Shown here in pieces: positions 20,669-31,438 of a DNA stretch of 64,000 nt. The DNA lies in NCBI GenBank assembly GCA_050245995.1, contig JBFWWV010000014.1, positions 73,893 to 137,892 on the forward strand, read 5' to 3'. The translations under genes were made by a program, and so were the position numbers. Numbering within the stretch: the first letter of the stretch is position 1; each line of letters opens with the position of its first letter. This DNA is from Planctomycetota bacterium. Lineage in GTDB: Bacteria > Planctomycetota > UBA1135 > UBA2386. Below the pieces are notes generated by a model that did not search any database, was not told the DNA's origin, and worked only from the letters and a program-made list of their open reading frames with translations.

Positions 20669-22077
20669 GCGCACCGGGCCAGATGTGGGGCGGGCGGTTC
20701 CAGGGCGAGCTCGACCCGCGGTTCGCGCGCTTCCAGCAGAGCCTGCCGCACGACCGCGTGCTGGCGCTTCAGGACCTGCGCACCAACCGCGCCTGGAGCG
20801 CGGCGCTCGGCGGCGCCGGCGTGTTCACCGCCGACGAGGTGCGGCGGGTGCACGCGGCGATCTCCGACCTCGAACGCCACCTGCGCGCGCACGGCGTGCC
20901 CGCCGACGACCCGGCCGAGGACGTGCACAGCTTCGTCGAGCGCGAGCTCGGCGCGCGCTGCGGCGACCTCGCCAAGCGCATCCACACCGGCCGTTCGCGC
21001 AACGACCAGGTCGCCACCGACCTGCGGCTGCACCTGCGCGCCGTCGGCCTCGACCTGCAGGCCGGCATCACCGCCGCGATCGCGGCGCTGGTGCGGCAGG
21101 CCGACCGGCACGCCGACGCGCCGATCCCGGGCTACACCCACCTGCAGCGCGCGCAGCCGATCACGATCGGCCACTGGGCGCTGGCCCACGCCGAGCCGCT
21201 CGGCCGCGACCGCGCGCGCACAGGCGACGCGCTCTTGCGCATGGACCAGTGCCCGCTCGGCAGCGGCGCGCTGGCCGGCACGCCGCTGCCCGTCGACCGC
21301 GCCGGGCTGGCGCAGGAGCTCGGCTTCGCGGGCGGCCCGACGCAGAACAGCATCGACGCCACCGCCGCACGCGACCACTGCTGCGAGCTGCTGTTCGCCG
21401 CGTCGATGGCGATGATCCACCTGTCGCGGCTGTGCGAGGACCTGGTGTTCTTCGCCTCGACCGAGGCGCGCTTCGGCCGGTTCGGCGACCGCGTGTCGAC
21501 CGGCTCCAGCCTGATGCCGCAGAAGCGCAACCCCGACGCCGTCGAGCTGGTGCGCGGCAACGCCGGCCTCGTGCAGGGCGCGCTGGTGGCGCTGCAGACC
21601 GGGCTGAAGGGCCTGCCGCTCGGCTACGACCGCGACCTCCAGGAGGACAAGACGGCGCTGCTGCCGGCGCTCGACCGCGCGACCACGTGCCTGCACATCG
21701 CCGCCACCGCGGTCGACGACTTCTCCTTCGACGCCGCGCGCTGCGCCCGCGAGGCCGAGCGCGGCTACCTGAACGCCACCGACCTCGCCGACCTGCTGGT
21801 CGCCGCCGGCGTGCCGTTCCGCGACGCGCACGAGCTGGTCGGCCGCGCCGTCGACCGCGCCGTCGAGCTCGACTGCGAGCTGCAGGACCTGCCCCCGGCC
21901 GACCGCCAGCGGCTGCTGCCGCAGCTCGACGGCGACCTGCGCCAGCTGCTGTCGGCCGCCAGCGTGCTGGCGCGCCGCGACCGCATCGGCGGCACCGCGC
22001 CGCAGCAGGTGCGCGCGCAGGTGGCGCGCTGGCAGCAGCAGCTCGAGCAATGGCCGCAGCAGGAGACCCCGGCATGA
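20665..22077 (+). CDS. argH: Argininosuccinate lyase
   Basis: MWGGRF, HTGRSRNDQV, GYTHLQRAQP, GSSLMPQKRNPD. Confidence 0.96.
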
Positions 22078-22640
22078 CCGTCACCGACCGCTCCCCGAAC
22101 GTCCCCACGGACCGCGTCGTCATCCGGCCGGCGCTGGTCGCCGACGCCAAGCCGATCCTGACCCTGGTCAACGACCTCGCGGTCAAGCAGGTGATGCTGC
22201 CGCGCTCGCCGGCCTCGGTGATCGAGAACGTGCGCGACTTCTTCGTCGCCGAGCTCGACGGCGCATTCGCCGGCACCGGCGCGCTGGCGGTGACCTGGAC
22301 CGACATCGCCGAGATCCGCTCGCTGGCGGTGGCGCCCGAGCACCAGAAGCACGGCATCGGCCGCCGCCTGGTCGACGCGCTGATCGACGACGCGCGCCGC
22401 CTCGGCATCCCGCGACTGTTCGCGTTCACCTACGTGCCGGGGTTCTTCGAGAAGCTCGGGTTCTCGATCTGCGCGCACGACGACCTGCCGCACAAGGTGT
22501 TCAACGACTGCATGCACTGCCCGAAGTTCCAGGCCTGCGACGAGATCGCGATGGAGCGCGTGCTCGACACCGCGGCGCCGCCGCGGCTGTTCGGCAAGCC
22601 GCAGCGCGCGATCCCGATGCCGGTGCGCAAGCCGGGCTGA
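22074..22640 (+). CDS. argA: Short GNAT N-acetylglutamate synthase
   Basis: MLPRS, AEIRSLAV, GIGRRLV, FFEKLGF, LPHKVFNDCMHCPKFQACDE; coupled to argH by ATGA overlap. Confidence 0.8.
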   Translation: MTVTDRSPNVPTDRVVIRPALVADAKPILTLVNDLAVKQVMLPRSPASVIENVRDFFVAELDGAFAGTGALAVTWTDIAEIRSLAVAPEHQKHGIGRRLVDALIDDARRLGIPRLFAFTYVPGFFEKLGFSICAHDDLPHKVFNDCMHCPKFQACDEIAMERVLDTAAPPRLFGKPQRAIPMPVRKPG

Positions 22641-22696
22641 CGTCGCGGGGCACCGTTCGTTCGATTACGGCGGCCGGTCCGCGTAACGTTCGCGCC

Positions 22697-24526
22697 ATGG
22701 GATTCGGCATGCTGTTCCTCCTGCTCTACCTGGCGACGGCCGCGCTGGCGACGACCGTCGGCCTGCCCCAGCCGTTCTCGATGCCGCCGCTGCCGGAGGA
22801 ACCGGCACTGCTGCGGATCGCCGCCAAGGACAGCATCGTCTGCATCACCTGGTCGGGCGCCGCAGACGCCGACCCGCAGAGCAACAGCCGCACCGAACGC
22901 CTGTGCGCCGAGCCCGACGTCCGGCGCGCGGTCGCGGCGCTGCAGAACGCGCTGAAGGCCGTCATGCTGCACGAGATGGGCATGGCCGGCGGCGCGGCGC
23001 AGGGCGCCCTCGACCTCGCCGTGACGGCGCTGCAGCGGCCGGGCTGCGTGTTCGTCAGCGGCTTCGACCCGCGTGACCCGCAAGCGGTCCGCGCCGGCCT
23101 CGCAGTCAAGCTGGGCGACCGGATGAACGTCGCGCAGACCCTGATCGGCCTCGGCGCGGTGGCGCTCCGCGCCGACCACCGCGACGGCGAGGAGACCTGG
23201 GACGACCTCGAGGTCGACGACGTCCGGTTCCGCGCGCTGCCGTTGCCGGTGACGCAGCCGTTCGTCGGCTGGGCCGCGGTCGACGACTGGCTGCTGGTGG
23301 CGGTCGGACGCGACACCGCGGCGCCGATGCTGACCGGACTGCGTGGGAACGACCAGGGACTGCGCGGCAGCGCGGCGTGCCGAGGCCTGCTCGCGGCGGC
23401 CGAGGTCGAGCGCCCGGCCACGCGCACCTTCGTCGACGTGGCGAAGCTGCAGGCGCTGCTGACGTCGAGGCACGGGCCGCAGACGGGCTCGCTGTTCGAG
23501 GCGCTGGGCCTCGGCCAGGCGACGGCGGCGCTGGCGACCACCGGCCTGCACGGCGACGGCTTCCACGCCCAGGTGCGACTCGCGGTGCCGAAGCCCGAGG
23601 GGCTCCTGGCGGCGCTGGCCGGCCCGCCCATCACCCAGGACGCGCTGATCGCCGTGCCACGCGACGCCGATGTGGCACTCGCCCTGCGCACCGATCCGCA
23701 GCAGCTGCAGGACGCCGTGGTCGGCCTGTTCGACGCGATGTCCGGTGGCCGTGTGCGCGGCGCGTTCGACGGCTTCCGCCGGGAATGGGCGACGCAGTTC
23801 GGATTCGGCTGGAACGAGGGCGTGACCGGCCAGCTCGACGGCCAGCTCACGGCGTGGAACGCGCCGAGCCAGGGCGGCCTCGGCTTCACCGCGGCCACCG
23901 CGCGGCTCGGCCTGCGCGACGGCGCGGCGTTCGCGCAGCCATTCGGCGTGTTCATGGGCCAGATGCAGGTCGAGCTGCCGGGCAAGAAGACCGCCATGGG
24001 TGACGGCCGGCTCCGCCGCAACGGCGTCCACCTGGAGACCTTCGCGCACGGCGACCACACGGCGTGGTGGATCGACGACCTCGACGACGACGTGCCGTTC
24101 GCGTGGTCGTGGAGCGCCGGCCGCGACGCGCTCACGTTCGCGATGACGCCGCAGGCGCTGCGCTGCACCCTCGACGCCGCCGACGCGCCGAACCCCGACC
24201 ACTCGCTGGTTCGCCTGCCGGCGATCAGCAGGCGCGGCGCCGCCACGCTGATGCTGCACCTCGACCTGCAGTCGCTGCTGCGCCGCGGCTACCCGTTGGC
24301 GATGCTGTTGCTGCAGTCGGCCGACGAGGAGTGGCTGCGCGACGGCTTCGACTTCGACGCCGCCGACCTGCCGCGCCTCGAGGCCCTGGCGCAGCACCTC
24401 GGCCAGGAGCTCACCACCGTGGCGCCCGTCGACGGCGGCTTCGAGTACCTGCGCAGCGGCGCGCTGCCGGTCGTGGACCCGCTGACGATGGCGGTGTTCC
24501 TGGCGGTCGCGCTGCCCGAGTTCTGA
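22697..24526 (+). CDS. Hypothetical envelope protein (hydrophobic N- and C-termini)
   Basis: 609 aa ORF with host-like codon usage; no family recognised with confidence. Confidence 0.7.
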   Translation: MGFGMLFLLLYLATAALATTVGLPQPFSMPPLPEEPALLRIAAKDSIVCITWSGAADADPQSNSRTERLCAEPDVRRAVAALQNALKAVMLHEMGMAGGAAQGALDLAVTALQRPGCVFVSGFDPRDPQAVRAGLAVKLGDRMNVAQTLIGLGAVALRADHRDGEETWDDLEVDDVRFRALPLPVTQPFVGWAAVDDWLLVAVGRDTAAPMLTGLRGNDQGLRGSAACRGLLAAAEVERPATRTFVDVAKLQALLTSRHGPQTGSLFEALGLGQATAALATTGLHGDGFHAQVRLAVPKPEGLLAALAGPPITQDALIAVPRDADVALALRTDPQQLQDAVVGLFDAMSGGRVRGAFDGFRREWATQFGFGWNEGVTGQLDGQLTAWNAPSQGGLGFTAATARLGLRDGAAFAQPFGVFMGQMQVELPGKKTAMGDGRLRRNGVHLETFAHGDHTAWWIDDLDDDVPFAWSWSAGRDALTFAMTPQALRCTLDAADAPNPDHSLVRLPAISRRGAATLMLHLDLQSLLRRGYPLAMLLLQSADEEWLRDGFDFDAADLPRLEALAQHLGQELTTVAPVDGGFEYLRSGALPVVDPLTMAVFLAVALPEF

Positions 24527-24545
24527 CGGCGCCGGCAGCCGCGGC

Positions 24546-25631
24546 TCAGCCGGCCGGACGCGACCGCGCGAGCTCGGCGGCCGGCACGTGCCCCAACGCC
24601 CGCAGCCTCGCGGCCGCGTCGCGATCGGGCGTCGCCACGAAAAGGAACTCGCGGTTGCGCACGTGCGACACGGTCCCGACCTTCTCGCCGCGCGGGTTGT
24701 GGATGCCGATGCGCGCGCCGACGTAGCGCGGGTGGTCGCACGCGAGCACCAGCACGGCGCCGCGCGGCGCGAGCATCTCGGCGATGTCGCCGGGCCCGAG
24801 CCAGCCCTCGTCGCTGAACGACAGCACCACGTGCGGCGCCCGCACCGCGGCGAGCACCGCGCGCAGCGCCGCGGCGGCCTGCACGCGCGAGTTGAACGGG
24901 CTGCGCCGCGTGCGGCAGTCGATCCGCTTCTGGGCGACGCCGTAGACCTCGGGCCGGTCCCAGCGCACCAGGGTCTCCCAGAGGTGGTAGTTGCCGAGGT
25001 ACTTGTGCTGGTTGTACGGCGGATCGACGTAGGCGACATCGCCGTCGAGCGCCTGCGCCGCGTCGAGCGCGTCGAGGCCGAACGCCGCGCCCTTGCCGGC
25101 CTCGGCGCGCGGCAGCACCGCCGGCAGCCGCAGCTCGAGCGCGTTGTGCGAACGCGCCGACCAGCGCTTCAGGTAGGCCATCTGCACGCCGGTCGTCGAG
25201 TCGACGCGGTCCGCGGCCTCCATCAACGAGGTCAGCAGCACCGCCTCGAGCTCGGGCTCGAACGCGCGCGCCGCGATCGCCGCGCGGATCGCCTCGATCC
25301 GCGCGGCGTTGTGCGGCTGCAGGTAGCGGCTGCGCTCGCTGTAGGTCCCGGCGAACCACCCGGCGTGCGCCGGCACCCGCGCGAGATCGTCGAGCGCCGC
25401 GCTCGCCGCCGCGAGCACGTCGCGGTCGGCCTGCACGTAGCAGCGCGCCAGCACCTCGGCGTAGGCGCAGTGGTCGTTGGCGAGGACGCGCAGGCCGCGC
25501 GCCTTCAGGGCGTGCCCCACCCGCGCGGTGCCGCTGAACAGGTCGACGACGGTGCGCACCCGCGGCAGCGCCGCGATCGCCGCGAGGATGCGCGGCACCA
25601 GCAGTCGCTTGCTCCCGAGGTACTTGATCAT
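24546..25631 (-). CDS. DNA adenine methyltransferase (D12/alpha class), orphan
   Basis: MIKYLGSK, DLFSGT (motif I), AND, YVDPPY (motif IV). Confidence 0.88.
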   Translation of the reverse strand: MIKYLGSKRLLVPRILAAIAALPRVRTVVDLFSGTARVGHALKARGLRVLANDHCAYAEVLARCYVQADRDVLAAASAALDDLARVPAHAGWFAGTYSERSRYLQPHNAARIEAIRAAIAARAFEPELEAVLLTSLMEAADRVDSTTGVQMAYLKRWSARSHNALELRLPAVLPRAEAGKGAAFGLDALDAAQALDGDVAYVDPPYNQHKYLGNYHLWETLVRWDRPEVYGVAQKRIDCRTRRSPFNSRVQAAAALRAVLAAVRAPHVVLSFSDEGWLGPGDIAEMLAPRGAVLVLACDHPRYVGARIGIHNPRGEKVGTVSHVRNREFLFVATPDRDAAARLRALGHVPAAELARSRPAG

Positions 25632-25858
25632 GCCGCCCGTCGGCGAAGAGCATCGAACGCGCCGGAGCGGATGGCAACCGTGCAGGCGGTGTCCGCCTTC
25701 CGCACGACCGCGGCGGCCGCGGGTGCCGTAACGCACCGGGCCGAAGGCCCCAAGCCAATGGAATATACTGACATACGGTCGCTCCCCGACCGAGGCCACG
25801 ACCCCGTCCGCGGCGTCCGGCACGGATCTCGCATCGGGGTCGTCCCAGAGACTCCAGA

Positions 25859-28156
25859 ATGAACTGCAAGCACCTGCCCCGTCCCTTCTCCACGCTCGCC
25901 TGCTGCCTGCTCGCCCTTGCGGTCTCCGCCTGCGGCGGCGGTGGCGGTGGCGGCGGCGCCGTCGGCCCCGGCCCCGTCCCCCCTGGCCCGGTCCCCACGG
26001 GCCCCGCGACCGCCGTGCACGCCGGCCTGATCAGCGCCGCGGCCGGCAGCGGCGAGGTGCGCGTGCACTGGGACCCGCCCGCCAGCGGCTTCGAGTTCGC
26101 CATCTTCCACAACGACAACAGCGCGGCGGTGCTGAGCGGCACGCAGCTGACCAGCCCGCCGGGCACCAGCGCGACCATCTCCGGCCTGGCCAACGGCGCC
26201 ACCCGTTACTTCGCGATGGGCATCCGCCCGACCGGCTCCGGCGGCAGCTACACGCTGTCGGGCCGCGTGCTCCGCGCGGTGCCGTTCGCGCCGATCTACG
26301 TCGACGCCAACGCCGGCACCAACGGCATCGGCACGCTCGGCAGCCCGTTCAACAACCTGCAGGCGGCCGCCACCGCCGCGGCGGGCCTCGGCGGCGGCAA
26401 CCTGTGGCTGCGCGACGGCACCTACGGCCGCGCGGTGCTCTCGCCGGGCACCCATGTCTACGGCGGCTTCCCGACCGGCAGCGCGTTCACGCTCGCCAAC
26501 CGCAACTTCGCCAGCGGCGCCACGATCGTCACGGCGACCGCCGGCCTGTCGGCGCTCGACATCAGCCTGGTCGGTGACCGCGTCGTCGTCGACGGGCTCG
26601 CCGTCGCCGGCAACAACACCGCGCTCTACGGCATCGACACCGAGGACACCGACCTCGAGGTGCGCTCGGTCACCGTGCGCAACTGCGTCGACCGCGGCAT
26701 CCGCATGCGCAACAGCCGCACCACCGAGACCGCGGTGGTCGAGCTGGTCAACGTCGCGTCGCAGCAGAACGGCGCCGACGGCGTCTCGGTGCTCGGCGCC
26801 TACTCGCTGTTCATCGACGCCTGCAGCTTCGACAGCAACGTGCAGGAGGGCATCGACTGCGGCCCGCTGGTCGCCCTGAACGGCGCCGGCCTGACCTCGA
26901 CCGTCGTGATCACCGCCAGCCGGTTCGCCAACAACGGCGCCGAGGGCCTCGACGCGAGCCTCGACGCGCCGCTGACCGCGACCGGGGGCGCCGGCGCGTT
27001 CGACATCACCATCGCCGGCTGCAACTTCACCGGCAACGCGCTCGACGGCTGCCTGATCGACCAGGAGCACGAGCGCCTGCCCGGCTGGACCATGCGCTGC
27101 GTGGTGCGCGACTGCACCGCGTCGGACAACGGCCTGGCCGGCTTCCACGTCGACTACGACAGCGCCGGCGAGGTGCTGCTGCACCGGAACCGCGCCTCGG
27201 CCAACGGCACCGACGGCGTGTTCATCAGCTCCGAGGTCAGCGCCGGTCACGCGGTGGTCTCGGCCTGCGACCTGGTCGGCAACCTCGGCGCCGGCATGCG
27301 CACCTCGCTGGGCAACAAGGTCATCGCCGCGACGCACTGCGTGTTCAGCGGCAACGCGGAGGGCGGCTTCCTCAGCCTCAACAAGCAGTCGACCGCGACC
27401 AACTGCATCTTCCGGCTGCAGGCCAACGCGACCCAGAACGTGCGGCTGTTCGGCAGCGCGACCGTCACCGACCCGGCCGCCGCGGTGTTCCAGAACGCGC
27501 CGAACGGCTTCGCCAAGGTGCTGTCGCACACCAACGGCGCGCTGGGCCTCGAGCAGGTGGCGTCGTTCGCCGCCGGCGCCACGGTCGAGCTCGCCGACAA
27601 CGGCACCGCGTTCGCGGCCAACCAGGTCAACGGCACCAGCGTGGTGCTGAGCGGCACGCCGGCCCTGCGGCGCACGCCCGCCGCGCTGGCCGCGTTCCCG
27701 AGCGCCAACGTCACCGAGAACCTGCAGCTCGCCGCCGGCTCGGTGGTCGCCGGCCTCGGCATGATCGAGGACACCGGCTTCCCCGCCGTGAACCCCGGCC
27801 CGTTCGGCGCGCCGGCGGGCGGCACCCCCGGCACCGCCGACCAGCTCCCGGGCGGCCTCCTGTGGGTCGACCAGGTCACACCGGCGCCGCAGCAGACGCT
27901 CGGCAGCACCGCCGCCGTGACGCTGCGGTTCTCGTCGGCGCTGAACGCCGGCTCGATCAGCGGCACCCGGGTCCGCGTGCGCGACACCAACGGCAATCCC
28001 GTGGCGGCCGGGTTCGCGCCGAGCTTCAACTCGATCCAGGTCAACCCGCCCGGCGGCGGCTGGCCGGCCGGGGCGCTGAACCTCGAAGTGCACGTCGGCA
28101 TCACCGGCAGCGCCGGCGTGGTGTTCTCGGCGCCGATCGTCGTGCCGCTGCGTTGA
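25859..28156 (+). CDS. Lipoprotein with right-handed beta-helix repeats and Ig/FN3-like domains
   Basis: Lipobox LAVSAC followed by poly-Gly; IYVDA...GTLGSPF; repeated NxxxG motifs. Confidence 0.78.
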   Translation: MNCKHLPRPFSTLACCLLALAVSACGGGGGGGGAVGPGPVPPGPVPTGPATAVHAGLISAAAGSGEVRVHWDPPASGFEFAIFHNDNSAAVLSGTQLTSPPGTSATISGLANGATRYFAMGIRPTGSGGSYTLSGRVLRAVPFAPIYVDANAGTNGIGTLGSPFNNLQAAATAAAGLGGGNLWLRDGTYGRAVLSPGTHVYGGFPTGSAFTLANRNFASGATIVTATAGLSALDISLVGDRVVVDGLAVAGNNTALYGIDTEDTDLEVRSVTVRNCVDRGIRMRNSRTTETAVVELVNVASQQNGADGVSVLGAYSLFIDACSFDSNVQEGIDCGPLVALNGAGLTSTVVITASRFANNGAEGLDASLDAPLTATGGAGAFDITIAGCNFTGNALDGCLIDQEHERLPGWTMRCVVRDCTASDNGLAGFHVDYDSAGEVLLHRNRASANGTDGVFISSEVSAGHAVVSACDLVGNLGAGMRTSLGNKVIAATHCVFSGNAEGGFLSLNKQSTATNCIFRLQANATQNVRLFGSATVTDPAAAVFQNAPNGFAKVLSHTNGALGLEQVASFAAGATVELADNGTAFAANQVNGTSVVLSGTPALRRTPAALAAFPSANVTENLQLAAGSVVAGLGMIEDTGFPAVNPGPFGAPAGGTPGTADQLPGGLLWVDQVTPAPQQTLGSTAAVTLRFSSALNAGSISGTRVRVRDTNGNPVAAGFAPSFNSIQVNPPGGGWPAGALNLEVHVGITGSAGVVFSAPIVVPLR

Positions 28157-28217
28157 TCGCCGCGAACGGCAGCCGCCCGTTCGCGCGGGCGGCCGCCGCC
28201 GCTATCGTGCGGCGTCG

Positions 28218-29396
28218 ATGACCGACGCCGCCGTCCCCCTGCCGCGCGGGTTCCGCGCCGCCGCCGTCCACTGCGGGCTGCGCAAGGATCCCGCCCACCC
28301 CGACCTCGGGCTGCTGCTGGCAGACGACGCCCGGCCGGCCGCGGCCGTGTTCACGCAGAACCGGCTTCGCGGCGCCCACGTGCAGGTGTGCCGCGAACAC
28401 CTGCAGCAGGGCGGCGGCATGGTCCGCGCCCTGCTCGTCAACGCCCGCAACGCCAACTGCGCGACCGGCCAGGCCGGCGTCGACGCGGCGCGCGCCCTGT
28501 GCGCGGACCTCGCCGAGCGCGTCGGCTGCCCGACCGAGCAGGTGCTGATGGCCAGCACCGGTCCGATCGGCGCGCCGCTGCCGCACGAGAAGATCCGCGC
28601 GCGGCTCGACGACCTGCTGCGCGCGGCCAGCGGCGACCCCGCCGGCGCGGCCGCATTCGCGCGCGCGATCATGACGACCGACACGGTGCCGAAGGCCGCG
28701 GCGCAGTCCATCGGCGCCGGGCCCGGCCGCGCCACCGGCTTCGCCAAGGGCGCGGGCATGATCCACCCCGACATGGCGACGATGCTGGCGTTCGTGCTCG
28801 CCGACGCGGCGCCGGGTCCGGCGCTGCAGCCGCTGCTGCAGCGCATCGCCGACCGCAGCTTCCACCGCGTCACCGTCGACGGCGACACCTCGCCGAACGA
28901 CACCTTCCTGCTGTGGGCCGGCGGTGCGCACGCCGACCTGGAGCCGTTCGAGCAGGCGGTGACGGCCCTGAGCCAGGACCTCGCCCGCCGCATCGCCGGC
29001 GACGGCGAAGGCCTGACCCGGCTGATCACCGTCGAGGTGCGCGGCGCCGCCGACGAGCGGGAGGCGAACCACGTCGGTCGCGTCGTCGCCACCAGCCCGC
29101 TGGTGAAGACCGCCGTCGCCGGCCGCGACCCGAACTGGGGGCGGATCCTGTCGGCCGCCGGCCGCGCCGGCGTGCCGTTCGACGCCGAAAGGGCGCGCGT
29201 CTGGGTCGGCGCGACCGAGGTCTACGCGCACGGCGTGCCGCACCCCGAGCGCGAAGCCGCGGCGCACCGCCACCTCGAGCAGGAGCGCGAGGTCGTGCTC
29301 GGCATCGACCTCGGCCGCGGCGAGGCGAAGGCCGACATCTGGACCTGCGACCTGACCAAGGACTACGTGCAGATCAACGCCGACTACCGCACCTGA
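28218..29396 (+). CDS. argJ: Ornithine acetyltransferase
   Basis: VFTQN, NANCATG, IMTTDT, KGAGMIHPDMATML, DGDTSPND, DPNWGRI, INADYRT. Confidence 0.95.
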   Translation: MTDAAVPLPRGFRAAAVHCGLRKDPAHPDLGLLLADDARPAAAVFTQNRLRGAHVQVCREHLQQGGGMVRALLVNARNANCATGQAGVDAARALCADLAERVGCPTEQVLMASTGPIGAPLPHEKIRARLDDLLRAASGDPAGAAAFARAIMTTDTVPKAAAQSIGAGPGRATGFAKGAGMIHPDMATMLAFVLADAAPGPALQPLLQRIADRSFHRVTVDGDTSPNDTFLLWAGGAHADLEPFEQAVTALSQDLARRIAGDGEGLTRLITVEVRGAADEREANHVGRVVATSPLVKTAVAGRDPNWGRILSAAGRAGVPFDAERARVWVGATEVYAHGVPHPEREAAAHRHLEQEREVVLGIDLGRGEAKADIWTCDLTKDYVQINADYRT

Positions 29397-29420
29397 GGCC
29401 CGGCGCTCCGCGGCGCCGCC

Positions 29421-30020
29421 TCAGGGCGCGGCGTCGGGGTCGCGATCGCGGTCCCGTTCGCGGTAGACGCGCGGCAGCGGCGCGTCCTTGCCCTCCCACC
29501 AGGCGCGGTGATCGGCCGCGTCGGCCGGCAACGTCGACGCGTAGCCGAGGCGCGCGTCGGGGACGCAGTCGCTGTACGGCAGGTAGGGCTTGAGGTCGAG
29601 CACCGGCGTCCCGTCGAGCAGGTCGTGGTCGCCGACGCGCAGCACGCGGCCGTCGATGCCGAGCAGCCGCAGGCACGACAGGCCGATCGGGTTCGGGCGC
29701 GCCGGCGCCCGCGTGGCGAACACGCCGCGCTTCCGCGTGTCGCGCGGCGGCGCCACCTTGCTGTTCCAACCGCGCGTGTGGTGGCACCAGAACAGCACCC
29801 ACACGTGCGAGAAGCCGGCGAGGTCATCGAGCCCGTTCTGCAGGCCCTGCGCCAGGTGGATCTCGGCGCACGGCGACGCGGCCGGGTCCGCGTGCGGCCG
29901 CGCCTGCCGCGGCGCGTCGTGGTGCACGCGCAGCGGCGAACGCACGACGCCGATCGGCCGCAGGTCGAAGGCCACCTGCTGCAGCTCCTCGGGCACCGCC
30001 CAGGTGCGCTGCCGCGTCAC
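29421..30020 (-). CDS. trmO: tRNA m6t6A37 methyltransferase TrmO (TsaA)
   Basis: RPIGVVRSP, GFSHVWVLF, GVFATRAPARPNPIGLS, DLLDGTPVLDLKPY. Confidence 0.9.
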   Translation of the reverse strand: MTRQRTWAVPEELQQVAFDLRPIGVVRSPLRVHHDAPRQARPHADPAASPCAEIHLAQGLQNGLDDLAGFSHVWVLFWCHHTRGWNSKVAPPRDTRKRGVFATRAPARPNPIGLSCLRLLGIDGRVLRVGDHDLLDGTPVLDLKPYLPYSDCVPDARLGYASTLPADAADHRAWWEGKDAPLPRVYRERDRDRDPDAAP

Positions 30021-30514
30021 CGGCCCGTGGCCCGCGGGACCTTGACCAAGGTGCCGACGCGCAGCCGCCGCGCGTCGCGGTCGGACCAGCCGTTGAGGTC
30101 CATGATCTCCTTGAAGCGGCGCGCCGAACCGAGGTGCTCCTGCGCCAGGTCCATCAACGTCTGGCGCGGACCGAGCTCGACCTCGAACCACGCCGGCGCC
30201 GGCCGGGTCGGCGGCGCGGACGGCTCCGGCGGCGCGGCCTGGTCCCGGTCGGGGGCGGAGTCGGGCGACGGGTCGGATGCGGATGGCCCGCGCTCCGGCG
30301 GCGCGACGTCCGCCAGCGGCCCCGGCGGGACCTGCTGCGCGGGCAGCAACTCGACGCCGAGGCGCTCGAGCGACGCGGCCAGCGACGGGCTCGCGCCGCC
30401 GAGTTCGAGCACCAGTTCGCCGTCGCCGGCGAGCGCCGGCGCCGCCCGCGGCGCACAGGCCGCCGCCATCGACATCACCACCGCCACCGCTGCCCACCAC
30501 CGGATCCGCCGCAT
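30017..30514 (-). CDS. Exported LysM-domain protein
   Basis: Signal/lipoprotein-like N-terminus, Pro-rich linker, QTLMDLAQEHLGSARRFKEIMDLN...LRVGTLVKVP. Confidence 0.75.
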   Translation of the reverse strand: MRRIRWWAAVAVVMSMAAACAPRAAPALAGDGELVLELGGASPSLAASLERLGVELLPAQQVPPGPLADVAPPERGPSASDPSPDSAPDRDQAAPPEPSAPPTRPAPAWFEVELGPRQTLMDLAQEHLGSARRFKEIMDLNGWSDRDARRLRVGTLVKVPRATGR

Positions 30515-30610
30515 CGGCGCATTGTCGGCGGCGCCGGCGACGGCCGCAACGGCGCAGCCGCCACCGACGCAGCCTTGCGCCCGGGGCGCGGTTCGCCGAG
30601 AACACCGCGC

Positions 30611-31387
30611 GTGTCGACGCGCGCCGTCCTGCTCAACCTGCTGCCGAAGGTGGTGCTGTCGCGCGCGACCGGGCTGCTGACACGGCTGCCGCTGCCGGGC
30701 GGCCTGCGCGGGCCGTTCTTCCGCTGGTTCGCGCGCCGCTACGGCGCCGACCTCGCGCAGATCGACGGCGACCTGCGCCAGTTCGCCAGCCTGCAGCAGT
30801 TCTTCCAGCGGTCGCTGCGCGCGGGCGCGCGCAGGATCGCCGACGTGCCGCTGGTCTGGCCCTGCGACGGCCGCATCGTCACCGCCGGCCCCGTGCGCCA
30901 GGGCCGCATCGAGCAGGTCAAGGGCAACGACTACCCGCTCGCCGACCTGCTCGGCGACAGCGCGCTGGCGCAGCAACTCGACGGCGGCAGCCAGGTCACG
31001 GTCTACCTCGCGCCCGGCGACTACCACCGCGTGCACGCGCCGTTCGCGGCCACCGTCGAACGCGTCGCCGCGCTGCCGGGCACGCTGTTCCCGGTGAACC
31101 CCCCGGCCGTGCGCTGCATCCGCGACCTGTTCGCGCGCAACAGCCGCCACGTGTTCCACTGCCGCCTCCACGACGGCCGTCGCGGCGCGGTCGTGATGGT
31201 CGGCGCCTTCAACGTGGGCGGCACCAGCGTCACCGCTGTGCCGGGCACCGTGGTCTGGCCCGGCGGCGAGCTCGGCCGCTTCGGCTTCGGCTCGACGGCG
31301 GTCGCGATCGTGCAGCGCGGGGCGCCGGCGTTCGCGACGCCGGCGCCGGAGACGCGGGTGTGGATGGGCGGGGCGGCCGTCGGCTGA
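30611..31387 (+). CDS. psd: Phosphatidylserine decarboxylase proenzyme
   Basis: FFQRSL, PCDG, QVKG, YLAPGDYHRVHAP, VGAFNVG, FGFGST cleavage motif. Confidence 0.92.
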   Translation: MSTRAVLLNLLPKVVLSRATGLLTRLPLPGGLRGPFFRWFARRYGADLAQIDGDLRQFASLQQFFQRSLRAGARRIADVPLVWPCDGRIVTAGPVRQGRIEQVKGNDYPLADLLGDSALAQQLDGGSQVTVYLAPGDYHRVHAPFAATVERVAALPGTLFPVNPPAVRCIRDLFARNSRHVFHCRLHDGRRGAVVMVGAFNVGGTSVTAVPGTVVWPGGELGRFGFGSTAVAIVQRGAPAFATPAPETRVWMGGAAVG

Positions 31388-31438
31388 CGGCGGCGGCGGT
31401 TTCGGCAACGCCAGCCGGCGCCCGAACGTTGCCGGCCC

